Of a DNA stretch of 64,000 nucleotides, positions 26,917-36,781 are shown one piece after another; the first letter of the stretch is position 1, and each line of letters starts with the position of its first letter. The stretch spans positions 32,001-96,000 of IMG/VR virus record IMGVR_UViG_3300042922_000836; one strand, written 5' to 3'. The notes below the pieces were generated by a model that saw nothing but the letters and a program-made list of their open reading frames with translations, did no database searches and was not told where the DNA came from. The position numbers and the translations under genes are program-made. This DNA is from a virus.

Positions 26917-28230
26917 TTAATAGTAACTAACTTCTTTATCAATATCTCTTAATTCTTCAAATACAGGAAATCTTAATGATTTAATACCATTTTTATCTTC
27001 TGTTTCTTCAAAATATTGAACCGTTATTACTCTATCAAGTAATTCACTTTGATGTTCCCAAAAATATTTTCTATCATTATCACTAAAACCACTTCCAACA
27101 CCTACAATAGAATTTTTATATTCAACATTTATTCTACCAAGTGTTCCAGATAATCTTCCTGAACCCTCTTCAAACCCAACAATTTTTAAATCACACGTTT
27201 GCATTACTTTGCATTTTAATAGCTTGTCCGTTCTCTTGAATTGATAGGTTGCATCATTGATATTAATCATAATTCCCTCTTGATTATCAGCTTTGGCTAA
27301 ATCATGCAGTTCTTTTATTTTCGATGTATCATAGCCACAATAAAGTACAGGCAATATTTCAACATATTTCATGATTATATCATTGCTCAATCTTTCCAAC
27401 CATCGTCTGCGTTGCGAATAAGTATTGAAACCTCTTCGGCTTGTAAATTCAGCCAAATCCAAAATATCAAAGGTTAATAATTTAATACCATGTTTTTCTC
27501 CGTCTTTACGTGTAATTTTTTCTGTTTGTTTATATTGCTCTTTGGATGGAATTCCTTTACCATCAAGAAGTGTTAATTCACCGTCAAGAACAAAATTATC
27601 TGCTGGAATATTCAATATTTCATTTTCAATGTCAATTAATCCCTCAATCAATTGTCCTTCTCGACTATAAAATAAAACTTCATCATTCTTTTTTACAGCA
27701 AGGCAACGTTGACCGTCAATTTTAAGTGTTATCGAAAATGCTTTCCCCTCAACCTTTTCAGGTTTTTCAAAATATTTATCTGCCAGCATACATTCAAAAG
27801 ACGGAATAAAATCTTTACTCCATACCTTATTTGCTGTTTTATCGGAAATACCAAGTTTCAATGATTTAGTCAAAATACTTTTTATAAATTTTTGCATTTC
27901 ATTGTCGAAATTGGTGAAATACATTTCACAAACCGATATATCAATATCTCTACCTGTATTATTTTTCTTGATGTAATTAAGCAAATTAATCAATCCTTTT
28001 ACTGGATCATCTCCAAGGCTTATTAATTCCTTATAATTGACATTCGGAATGATACCGACATTCTTATTGATTTTCTTTTTTGATAAGCCAGAAACTATGT
28101 AAGGATTAAGCAGAAAGTATATTATTTCTATAAGAGAAAGATTTTCCTGTTCTCTTCTTAAAATTGTTTCTTTTTCTTTTACACTATTTGTTGCCTGTAA
28201 TTCATCACAGATTGCTTTTATTTTATTCAT
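26917..28230 (-). CDS. ATP-dependent DNA ligase
   Basis: KIDGQR, LDGEL, FDIL, EGIM, LLKCK, VGSGF and SLRFPVF motifs. Confidence 0.93.
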   Translation of the reverse strand: MNKIKAICDELQATNSVKEKETILRREQENLSLIEIIYFLLNPYIVSGLSKKKINKNVGIIPNVNYKELISLGDDPVKGLINLLNYIKKNNTGRDIDISVCEMYFTNFDNEMQKFIKSILTKSLKLGISDKTANKVWSKDFIPSFECMLADKYFEKPEKVEGKAFSITLKIDGQRCLAVKKNDEVLFYSREGQLIEGLIDIENEILNIPADNFVLDGELTLLDGKGIPSKEQYKQTEKITRKDGEKHGIKLLTFDILDLAEFTSRRGFNTYSQRRRWLERLSNDIIMKYVEILPVLYCGYDTSKIKELHDLAKADNQEGIMININDATYQFKRTDKLLKCKVMQTCDLKIVGFEEGSGRLSGTLGRINVEYKNSIVGVGSGFSDNDRKYFWEHQSELLDRVITVQYFEETEDKNGIKSLRFPVFEELRDIDKEVSYY

Positions 28231-28700
28231 ATTACTTCTCCATTAAATGCAACTCCTAAGAATTCAACTAAATCATCTCTAAATTCATTACCAGAATAAT
28301 CATTTTTACCAAAAGTACCTTTTATTAACCTATTTTCTAACTCTGGTAAAAGCACTTCTTCAGGACACCATTGATCTTCAAGTCCGTAACATGAACAATG
28401 AGAACCGTTTACTTCATACAATTTACCATTCTGTTCAAACAAAACGAAAGCATCTCCTGACCAATTATCAGTTCCATATGTTGCAAATAAAATATTAACA
28501 TCCTTATATTTTTCAAGAGCCTTTGTCATTTCATTCTTTTTTGCTTGAAAATATTCTTCATTATGATATGGTGATTTTTCCATTTTATATTCTTCGCTTG
28601 TTATATAAATGTTTTCAAAATTAGCGATAACATCCATTTTTTCAGTCCAATTATGTAAATAAACAGGGGTTTGACTCAATAAATCTTTTATATCTTTCAC
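28227..28700 (-). CDS. Conserved phage hypothetical protein
   Basis: 'WSGDAFVLF...LYEVNGSHCSCYGLEDQW'; coupled to the ligase. Confidence 0.6.
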   Translation of the reverse strand: MKDIKDLLSQTPVYLHNWTEKMDVIANFENIYITSEEYKMEKSPYHNEEYFQAKKNEMTKALEKYKDVNILFATYGTDNWSGDAFVLFEQNGKLYEVNGSHCSCYGLEDQWCPEEVLLPELENRLIKGTFGKNDYSGNEFRDDLVEFLGVAFNGEVI

Positions 28701-28742
28701 TTTCTATGTCCTTTCAGTTTATTTATATTAGTTTCCAATACT

Positions 28743-29243
28743 TTACCTGTCAAAGATGCCCTCATTAAAATTTAAATACCCCTCATTTCTTAACTTTTTT
28801 CTGATGTTCATCAAACATTTACCTAAGTTATTTTCACCAACACCGTCACAAACACCCCAAAATGTATCATTCCAATCATTGGTTTCTTCCAAATATTTAT
28901 CACCAGTCGAAAGCAATAATTCTTTTAAGTGCTGATTTTGTGAAAATTTAGAATATAGAATTTTTTCTATTGTCGCAACTTTTATTTTATCCCAATCTTC
29001 TCTTAAAGGGCATAATCTGCCAAGTCTTTTTGACTCTGCGGGAGTTTCTGCATTTAATATTTTCTCTTGCCAACCTTTATCAAGTGTTTTATGATAATGA
29101 AAAGCATGTTCACTCGATTTAAACACTATTGCATTTTCATCATGACTTAATGTAAAAGGTGTTGTATCAAAATTACTCAATGGTCTATATTTGCCGAAGA
29201 ATCCATAAATTGCTTTATCTGTTTCTTTTGATTGTATTAACAT
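28743..29243 (-). CDS. NADAR-family hydrolase
   Basis: LSNF, SSEHAF, KFSQN, LLSTG, 'EETN...DTFWG...GENNLGKCLM' motifs. Confidence 0.9.
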   Translation of the reverse strand: MLIQSKETDKAIYGFFGKYRPLSNFDTTPFTLSHDENAIVFKSSEHAFHYHKTLDKGWQEKILNAETPAESKRLGRLCPLREDWDKIKVATIEKILYSKFSQNQHLKELLLSTGDKYLEETNDWNDTFWGVCDGVGENNLGKCLMNIRKKLRNEGYLNFNEGIFDR

Positions 29244-29244
29244 T

Positions 29245-29565
29245 TTATTTTCCTTTCTTATTTCCAAATTTAAAATCTACTATGAGAACAGCTTTTGAAA
29301 TAGCTTCAGGTTTAAATACATCATCTGCTTCTTTTGTTTCTGTCCAATCTGATAACATAACTGCATCCCTATATCTTAATGCTCTTCCGTCAATCAGTTT
29401 ATAACCAAAGAAAAAATGAGGATCATATTCTGTTATTTGAAAATTTCTTATATATTTTTTGTCACCTGATTTAAAAACTTTTAAATACCAATTGCCATCT
29501 TCATTTGCTTTTAAAATCAAATTTTCATTTTCGGTTAATACTTTGATAGCCTCCCAAGTATTCAT
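29245..29565 (-). CDS. Hypothetical protein
   Basis: RBS plus ATG within the operon. Confidence 0.5.
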   Translation of the reverse strand: MNTWEAIKVLTENENLILKANEDGNWYLKVFKSGDKKYIRNFQITEYDPHFFFGYKLIDGRALRYRDAVMLSDWTETKEADDVFKPEAISKAVLIVDFKFGNKKGK

Positions 29566-29582
29566 TTCATTAATTTCCTTTC

Positions 29583-30500
29583 TTATCTTGCCATTTCATC
29601 TGCTTTATGTAATAACATGAGGTTATTATAAAATCCTTCACCCCAAAGTTTTTTATACATTTCGGACTGACTTTTCTTTTCCCAAAAATGAGGTTGCATG
29701 TGCCATTGTATATAATTAGATCGTTTCAATTCATTACCTAAACCTTGACTGTAAAATAGACTATCATAAGCAGAAACCAAATGATGTTGATAATAATGTG
29801 CTACATCTGTTATTTCATCTTTACTATTTTTGAAACTCTTTGTAAAAGGTTTACCAATATCATGCATAAGTGCTGACTCAAACAATTCTATTGGTGCATC
29901 ACCTTTATACATTTCCTCTAAATGTATACTACATTGATAACAATGTTGACCGATTGTTAATGTATGATGGGGATTATCATGACTTATTTTATTCAAACCA
30001 TTTTTTCCGTTGAATAAATCTCCTAAATTATATTCATTCTCTTTAAAATTCCAACAGATTTCGATTTTATCCCAACCCTCATAATATTGAGGAACGAAAA
30101 AATTTAAATACATTTTTTTAATTACATATTCAGGAATGTTCCGTTCTCTATTTGCATTTTGATATAAGCAATCTTTATAAGGTGTTGCCATAAACAGACA
30201 TATCTTTTTACAATCAATATCTTTAATTTCATCTAAGAAAGCCATTCGCTTTTTATAATCAATATTGGTTGCATCATAGATTGTATTTTTACCCGCATAC
30301 AAATCAGCTTTAATTCTCTTATGTAATAACTCAAATACTTCCTTGTTTACATCCTGACAATTAATATCCGAGGTTAATTCTTCTCTGATTTTATCGGAAG
30401 AATGAATATTCGCATTATTTGCTTTACTTATAATATCTGCCTGATATGATTTACCACTTGCGGGTAAACCGACCATCATATAAAAATTTGTCATAACCAC
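29583..30500 (-). CDS. Polynucleotide kinase-like (AAA_33) plus HD-domain protein
   Basis: GLPASGKS, SSDKIR, DATN; 'NPHH...H...HDIGK...HH...H...D'. Confidence 0.85.
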   Translation of the reverse strand: MVMTNFYMMVGLPASGKSYQADIISKANNANIHSSDKIREELTSDINCQDVNKEVFELLHKRIKADLYAGKNTIYDATNIDYKKRMAFLDEIKDIDCKKICLFMATPYKDCLYQNANRERNIPEYVIKKMYLNFFVPQYYEGWDKIEICWNFKENEYNLGDLFNGKNGLNKISHDNPHHTLTIGQHCYQCSIHLEEMYKGDAPIELFESALMHDIGKPFTKSFKNSKDEITDVAHYYQHHLVSAYDSLFYSQGLGNELKRSNYIQWHMQPHFWEKKSQSEMYKKLWGEGFYNNLMLLHKADEMAR

Positions 30501-31285
30501 ACATCCATTTCTGTTTGAAAATTATACTTCATAACATTTAAAAGAACATTATCCATAATTTCTTCGCACTTCGTATTGATTAAAGGCTTATTGTTATGTA
30601 TATAATCATTTTTTATATCAAGAGTTTCATTTGTTAATTTATTTGCTAATTCTCTTGCTTTTTCTAAGTCTAAACAACCTTTCTTTACATCAATTATAAA
30701 ATCTCGTTGATTAGAGATTAAACAACTATGATATGGTTCTCCACTCAAATATCGTTTTATGAATTCATTGAGCCTTATAATTGTGGATAATTGTTTTGGA
30801 TCATATCCGTATTTTTCGATTTTACTAATAATGCTTGGATACGGATGTTCAAGAGCCTTACGTTTTTCCATACATGCACCGCTTATACAATTAACAGATG
30901 CATAATTGTTATATCTTCCAATTAATTCATTGTTGTCAAGCATTGGTTTAAACAACGATTCATATTTTGGATTAAGGATTTTGTATTTAGTAAATAGGAT
31001 TTCAACAAAATTAATGTTTTGTTTTCTAAAACATTCAAACATAAGTCGTATATCCTTAATGTCAACATGTTCTTCGTTTTCCATTATGTGTGTATAACTA
31101 ACCATTTTATTGCCGAGAACAAAATCTTCAAACTTTGGAAGGACAATTACTTTAGTGTCAATATCACTTCCCTCATATTCCAAATTGTAATTTTGACTCC
31201 CCTGAAGGAAGATACCAATAGTTTCATATCCCATATCGAGAACCGCTTGATAATGCTCTTTTAATCTATTTATTACATTGTCCAT
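30491..31285 (-). CDS. Pol-beta-superfamily nucleotidyltransferase
   Basis: GSQNYNL...SDIDT motif. Confidence 0.8.
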   Translation of the reverse strand: MDNVINRLKEHYQAVLDMGYETIGIFLQGSQNYNLEYEGSDIDTKVIVLPKFEDFVLGNKMVSYTHIMENEEHVDIKDIRLMFECFRKQNINFVEILFTKYKILNPKYESLFKPMLDNNELIGRYNNYASVNCISGACMEKRKALEHPYPSIISKIEKYGYDPKQLSTIIRLNEFIKRYLSGEPYHSCLISNQRDFIIDVKKGCLDLEKARELANKLTNETLDIKNDYIHNNKPLINTKCEEIMDNVLLNVMKYNFQTEMDVWL

Positions 31286-32030
31286 TATTATTGCCCCCTT
31301 TTATTAACCATTTAATATAATCTTGCCTATTTATTTCACCAGAAAAATTTTTATGTAAATTTATTTCTGCATTGTGCCTTACCTCAATAGCATCCTGTAT
31401 ATCATCGAATGTTCCTAAATAATATCTTATATTATTAAAAGATATTTGAGATTGCCATTTACCATTTTTAGTAGGCTTTATTCCTGTATACCCGCTTGAA
31501 TTATTGGATTTGCGTTTTATATTAACATTATTTTCACTTAGTGTTGCAATTCTAAGATTAGATTTAATATTTAAAGTTCTATCCCAATTTATATGGTCTA
31601 TTAATTCATCTTCTTTTGCATCCATAATTAATCTGTGTATTCTAATTGTTTTATTTTTACCCTGTCTTTTATTTGAAACTACATAACCTTCTCTATCTAA
31701 TCTCCAACAATAATTTTTGACTTTTTCATAATCATTAATGTCAATATAAAATTTTTGATTTTTGGTTGTAAACCCTACAGCTATATCATTTTCAAAATAC
31801 CATTTATTTGTTTTGAAATTTTTAGTTTGTTTTTGTTTTTCTTTTGCATAACAACCGCAAGAAGATGTATTTCCATTTTTTAAATTGTTCCCAGTAACCG
31901 ATATAATTTTCGGATTACCACAATCACAAATACAAAACCAATGAATGTTTTTACATGTTTTATCAAAATCTCTACCTAAGACTGCTAATTTTCCATATTT
32001 ATTGCCTGTTAAATCTATTACTTTTTTCAT
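31266..32030 (-). CDS. HNH-AP2 homing endonuclease
   Basis: WFCICDCG...SCGC, IHRLIM...DHIN...NLR, AP2 domain. Confidence 0.85.
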   Translation of the reverse strand: MKKVIDLTGNKYGKLAVLGRDFDKTCKNIHWFCICDCGNPKIISVTGNNLKNGNTSSCGCYAKEKQKQTKNFKTNKWYFENDIAVGFTTKNQKFYIDINDYEKVKNYCWRLDREGYVVSNKRQGKNKTIRIHRLIMDAKEDELIDHINWDRTLNIKSNLRIATLSENNVNIKRKSNNSSGYTGIKPTKNGKWQSQISFNNIRYYLGTFDDIQDAIEVRHNAEINLHKNFSGEINRQDYIKWLIKGGNNNGQCNK

Positions 32031-33328
32031 TATTTTTCTTCAACTTCTATTACTTCCTGTGCCTCTTCCATGTCAGGTTCTATGGCATCAACCTTTATAA
32101 TAGATTCAAGTACCTTGAAATTAAAATTCTTATGTTTAAAAGCAGAGAATTTAGCTTTATTATCAATTCTGACAACAATACCTTCACGAATATGAGTTTT
32201 ACCGACAGAATCAGCACCGTCATAATATGTATGTACTCTTTGCATTAAATCTTCATTTGTAGTATAAATAAACTTGTCTAATTGAGGTACATGATTTATA
32301 CACATCTGTTCACATCTCAGCTTAACTAATTCCCAAGGATACTCAACTACATAACCGTCTTCATTGGTCATTGTCATGCGATATACATAAACATTGTTTT
32401 CACCCTCTTGGCAACCATATGTAAACTTTGTTATATCACCATATTGTTTTATGAATTCTTTATCACAGGTTTTTTTATTACTGCACTCAGGCATTATAAA
32501 TCGACTACCCTCTGTATAACCGACAATTTCATAGTAAACTGTTTCACCTTTTTGCAACTTGTCCACAAAGAAGTCATGCCATTTTCTTCTGAAATTGTTA
32601 TCACCATAATAACCGTTAGCATAACTTTGAAGTACCATTTTTCTTGTGCCACTTATGTATTTCCAAGACTTTACAAGCTTATTTTTTATTTTTAAAAGTT
32701 TTTGAATGAGATTTTGCTTTTTCTGAAATTCTTCCAGACTATATGAGGTTCTACCGCTTGTACCATGCATTTTTAAAGTTATGTAACATGTATCACCAGT
32801 TTTGAATTGATGTAAATTATATGCTAACTGTGATGTGTCAACATGTTCTTCAAAAAGAGGAAAAGAAATTCTATCTACATTTTTAGGCTTAACTTTATTA
32901 CTTGTGACTTTGTTGGCTGTTTTTTTAACAGGAATATATTTTTCACAAATAACTATGCCATTAAGAACGGTAATTTTATCTCCCTCTTTAAGAGCTTCAA
33001 TATCACAAAATTTATCTAAGCTTGTCAGTGGCATAAATAAACCATCAGATTTTTCACCACGAAGTTTTAGGCTTGTTATATTTCTTCTTTCAGGATCAAG
33101 ATATCCACCACAACTGTTGCCATTTTCATCTTTTTTTCTTAACAGATTATTTTGTGTTGCATATTCTATACCGATTTTACCGTCTGTCGGAAAATAAACA
33201 CCTAATTCATTTTCAAATGTTCTCAAATCGACTATAACGAAGTTACCGAAACATTCACCTACTTGAAGTCTGTCTGCATTTGAGTGTTTTCTAAGATTTT
33301 TTATTCTTGTTATATAAGCCTCATACAT
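32030..33328 (-). CDS. RNA ligase (Rnl2-like, N-terminal OB-like domain)
   Basis: HSNADRL, LRGEKSDG, KMHGTS, YEIVG, REGIVVR and FKHKN motifs. Confidence 0.8.
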   Translation of the reverse strand: MYEAYITRIKNLRKHSNADRLQVGECFGNFVIVDLRTFENELGVYFPTDGKIGIEYATQNNLLRKKDENGNSCGGYLDPERRNITSLKLRGEKSDGLFMPLTSLDKFCDIEALKEGDKITVLNGIVICEKYIPVKKTANKVTSNKVKPKNVDRISFPLFEEHVDTSQLAYNLHQFKTGDTCYITLKMHGTSGRTSYSLEEFQKKQNLIQKLLKIKNKLVKSWKYISGTRKMVLQSYANGYYGDNNFRRKWHDFFVDKLQKGETVYYEIVGYTEGSRFIMPECSNKKTCDKEFIKQYGDITKFTYGCQEGENNVYVYRMTMTNEDGYVVEYPWELVKLRCEQMCINHVPQLDKFIYTTNEDLMQRVHTYYDGADSVGKTHIREGIVVRIDNKAKFSAFKHKNFNFKVLESIIKVDAIEPDMEEAQEVIEVEEK

Positions 33329-33346
33329 TTAATCATCTCCCCTTTA

Positions 33347-33877
33347 TTAATTTTTTGATAACCAATCAATAAATATATTTACTTTCTGATTAAGAGAGTT
33401 GTAATCTCCATTATTACTTATAACGTAGTTAAACTCAAAATTATCAAGTGCGGTTTCCGATGGATGGTTCTTCTGTTCAGTTGTTAAATTGTTTTCAACA
33501 TTTCGATTAACTCTTAGAGAGATACATTCCCAACCATTTTCTTTAAGCCGATTGATTTCATTTGGGAATCTTGCATCAGGTATTAATACATAATCCCACT
33601 CATTTGGGAAAAACGTTAAAATATCTTCAATGAAATCAACCCAAAATTCAGGATATGCACTTCTTACTCTATCTGTACCAACGAACTGAAGAAGTGTCCT
33701 TCCCTTTTCATCTTTATTTCCATCCCAACCAAAAAACATTTTACATATGTATTTAACCAAATCACCGTAATGTGCTATCAATACTTTATAACCCTTTGCT
33801 GTTAATTGTTTGCTAATTATCTGTGCTGTACAATCCTTTCCTGACCTTGCCTTACCACTTATTGGTATTATCTTCAT
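33347..33877 (-). CDS. dNMP kinase
   Basis: ISGKARSGKD, RTLLQFVGT, DARFPNE and HPSE motifs. Confidence 0.8.
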   Translation of the reverse strand: MKIIPISGKARSGKDCTAQIISKQLTAKGYKVLIAHYGDLVKYICKMFFGWDGNKDEKGRTLLQFVGTDRVRSAYPEFWVDFIEDILTFFPNEWDYVLIPDARFPNEINRLKENGWECISLRVNRNVENNLTTEQKNHPSETALDNFEFNYVISNNGDYNSLNQKVNIFIDWLSKN

Positions 33878-34406
33878 AGACACCTCTTGCAATTATGTCA
33901 TTTACTATTTTATCGTAACCAGCTTCATTTCCATCAACTGTATAATAAGGAACTTGATAGTCATAAAGCAGTTTTAAAAGCGGTTCAACTAAAGCATCAG
34001 ATTCTTCTTCATTTTGAAGTCTACCATCTGCCTCATATGGTTCAACCCTTCTGATTAAATAGTTAATATTATTAAACGAATTAAATACATCAAAGACAGT
34101 CTTATTAAAATTTCCTTCCAAAGCTTTATTACCATTGTTATACAATATTGATAATATCAACGGACTGTCAGTAATAATGTAATTAACTTTACCATTTAAT
34201 CTACTTTGTCTATAATATTGATTTCCAAATATATATGCCTGATTTTTAAAAGCTTCTTTATTTCCGTCATAAACCATGTCTTTTGCAAATTCTTGGACAT
34301 ATTCTGCTTTATAACCTTTCATTTTTAACTGAGAAAAAACATGTCCTGAACCTTTACTTTTTCCCGCAGAGGGAACACCTATCATATTTATTACTATAGT
34401 TTCCAA
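33852..34406 (-). CDS. AAA_28/NadR-kinase-like P-loop protein
   Basis: GVPSAGKS, EFAK, ITDSPL and GRLQ motifs. Confidence 0.75.
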   Translation of the reverse strand: METIVINMIGVPSAGKSKGSGHVFSQLKMKGYKAEYVQEFAKDMVYDGNKEAFKNQAYIFGNQYYRQSRLNGKVNYIITDSPLILSILYNNGNKALEGNFNKTVFDVFNSFNNINYLIRRVEPYEADGRLQNEEESDALVEPLLKLLYDYQVPYYTVDGNEAGYDKIVNDIIARGVYEDNTNKW

Positions 34407-34407
34407 A

Positions 34408-34938
34408 TTAAACCCTCCTATATATATTTGCTATATCCAACCAGTTATTTACTCTAAACATACCGAAATAATTATTTACATTTAAACTTTTATTCCATGG
34501 TTGAGTAAATACTATTGCTCTATAATGTTTGTCTATTACATTATCAATGCAATCATCTATTAAAGTATCGATCCTTAACAAATGTTTATCAGGACACATA
34601 TAAAGTTGTTCTGACTTATACCAAGAAAATGTTCGTTTTAATAACAAATCTCTTGCATTTCTTGTACATGGATGACCAGCAGTTGGAAATATAACATCAT
34701 CTTTTTTATTCAACCAAGTTATAACCTCTACCGCATCATCTTTTGGTGTAGCATTTAAAAATAAATCATCATCCCTAAATTCTTCAAATAAATTTTCACA
34801 TTCTTTTTTGATAAATAATCTTACATTATAATTTGTAAAAGTATCTATGGTTAAATTATCGTTATATTTTTTATTATATCTTTCGATTATGTAGGGCATA
34901 AAGTTAAATGTGGTATCATCTAAGTCAATTCCAATCAT
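34408..34938 (-). CDS. 5'(3')-deoxyribonucleotidase (HAD)
   Basis: IGIDLDDT, LIDD, PWN and RVNNW motifs. Confidence 0.85.
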   Translation of the reverse strand: MIGIDLDDTTFNFMPYIIERYNKKYNDNLTIDTFTNYNVRLFIKKECENLFEEFRDDDLFLNATPKDDAVEVITWLNKKDDVIFPTAGHPCTRNARDLLLKRTFSWYKSEQLYMCPDKHLLRIDTLIDDCIDNVIDKHYRAIVFTQPWNKSLNVNNYFGMFRVNNWLDIANIYRRV

Positions 34939-34942
34939 TAAT

Positions 34943-35809
34943 TCACCCCTCTATATTTTTAATCGGACATGGATTAAATACTGTATTATGTAAAATTGTG
35001 CAATCTTCAATAATTTTTCCAGATAATAAGCATTTGCCTTTTTTGGGATTATAAAGAAATGCTTCTGCATTACGCATAAGAAACGGACATTTATCACACT
35101 TACCTATTTCCATATCTTTAATGTCAAGTTCAAAAGTGATTTGTTTTTTATCAAGCTTTCTCTTAAAGAATAACAATTCATCTGCATGAGGTAAATCTTT
35201 TGCCCAATCAATAAAAATCCCAAACCATTCTTTCAATCTATGATTTTTTCGCTGATGTATCATAGAAAAAACATTTTCATAATTTAAAAGCACTGTTCTT
35301 TTTTGGAGAAAACCTTCAGGAAGAGATTCTTTAAGTAATCTGAACCATTTATAATCTTTTGTTTCTATGTATTTTTGTCTTAAACCCTCTAAATGATTTA
35401 TTACTAAATTCCAATATGTATCTTCCGTTTGATTTTCATCAATCTCAAACATTTCCTTTGTTATTGGATAACTTTTAAGCTTATGCATTGTACTACAACT
35501 GTTTGTGACCACCCCGATATGATATGTATCAAATTCTGACCACCAAAAACGTGGTGCTAAAATATCTACTGATACTGCGATCTGCCTTAGAAACTTTCGA
35601 TGTTCACTTCCACCCATGATAAGAGATTGTGCCAATTGTAAATCAACTTGTCCAATTTCTAAATCAATCGGTATTGCTTCAATAAATTGACCTTTCTTTA
35701 TTTCAGCATATTTTACTATACTATCAGATTTTGCCCAGCTATCCATCGGATTTCTCATTCCTCTGAAAGCATTATGTACATTGAAAACCTGTGTTTTTTC
35801 AAATCTCAA
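34943..35809 (-). CDS. ThyX-related phage protein
   Basis: GMRNP..SW.KSDS, EHRKFLRQI, W.EFDTY, NSCSTMH and QRKNHRL.EW motifs. Confidence 0.55.
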   Translation of the reverse strand: MRFEKTQVFNVHNAFRGMRNPMDSWAKSDSIVKYAEIKKGQFIEAIPIDLEIGQVDLQLAQSLIMGGSEHRKFLRQIAVSVDILAPRFWWSEFDTYHIGVVTNSCSTMHKLKSYPITKEMFEIDENQTEDTYWNLVINHLEGLRQKYIETKDYKWFRLLKESLPEGFLQKRTVLLNYENVFSMIHQRKNHRLKEWFGIFIDWAKDLPHADELLFFKRKLDKKQITFELDIKDMEIGKCDKCPFLMRNAEAFLYNPKKGKCLLSGKIIEDCTILHNTVFNPCPIKNIEG

Positions 35810-35996
35810 TTATTTTTTCCTTTCATATTTTAATTTTTTTACTGCCATATTAAAAGACATATAACTTTTCCTATTATAGAACCTATTATTGCATAACAAA
35901 ATCTTTCTTCAAGAGATATATCTTTTAACCAAAGTTTTGATAAATGATAAATAATAAAAGTATTTATTAATAAATTAATAATAATTTCCATTTAAT

Positions 35997-36485
35997 CTAT
36001 TTCTCCATATTTTTAAAAAATCTATGCACTTCAAATTCAAACATAAATTCTCGTGTGTCCTCAAACCAATTTGAGGCTTTTTGGCTCGATATTGCTGGGG
36101 AATAAAAGTATACTGCCCCTTGTGAAGTATCTTCTACATCCCCACACAACACCTCATAGACTGCTGTTATTGTATCCACAGTCGGATAGAATTTTGGATT
36201 GTAATAGTTATTAATTGAATTGAATTGATTTTTCTGTATTAAAACATCATAAATCGTGTCAGGGAAATCCTTATTTTTAACTCTATTGATAACAACTTGA
36301 GCAATTAATCTTTTATGTTCTATCGTTGAATCTCTGACTTCTCTTTCAACTACATAACATAGCATGTCGAATTCCTCAATAGTAAAATCAACTATGTAAT
36401 CATTAATTGCAAATATCTTGAATGAATTTAAAGTATTAATCATAATGATTATTACTATTAACGTTATAAATGTTTTAAACTTCAT
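35997..36485 (-). CDS. SleB-like cell wall hydrolase (Hydrolase_2)
   Basis: Signal peptide; VEREV, VVINRV...FPDTI..V..QKNQF, GAVYFY and HRFF motifs. Confidence 0.8.
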   Translation of the reverse strand: MKFKTFITLIVIIIMINTLNSFKIFAINDYIVDFTIEEFDMLCYVVEREVRDSTIEHKRLIAQVVINRVKNKDFPDTIYDVLIQKNQFNSINNYYNPKFYPTVDTITAVYEVLCGDVEDTSQGAVYFYSPAISSQKASNWFEDTREFMFEFEVHRFFKNMEK

Positions 36486-36508
36486 ATTATCTCCTTGTTA
36501 TAAGTATC

Positions 36509-36781
36509 TTATTTCTCAATGACTTCTACAACTGAATTGTAATAAATATATCTTTTACCATTTAAATCGAAAAGAACTTTATTTTCAGCTATTTGAATAT
36601 CAATTTTACCCTCTACTGTATTTAATAACTTTCCGTCATAACTGTAGATATTAACAATTCTGTCAAGACCGCCACTTAAATTACTGCCTAAAGATTTAAA
36701 CTCTCGTTCACATGATGCGGTACATGATGTTAATACGATTATTACTATCGACACTAAAAGAATGATTTTAAATATTTTCAT
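36509..36781 (-). CDS. Lipoprotein (DUF5052-like)
   Basis: LTSC lipobox; 'GGLDR.V..YSYDG...EGKIDI'. Confidence 0.6.
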   Translation of the reverse strand: MKIFKIILLVSIVIIVLTSCTASCEREFKSLGSNLSGGLDRIVNIYSYDGKLLNTVEGKIDIQIAENKVLFDLNGKRYIYYNSVVEVIEK

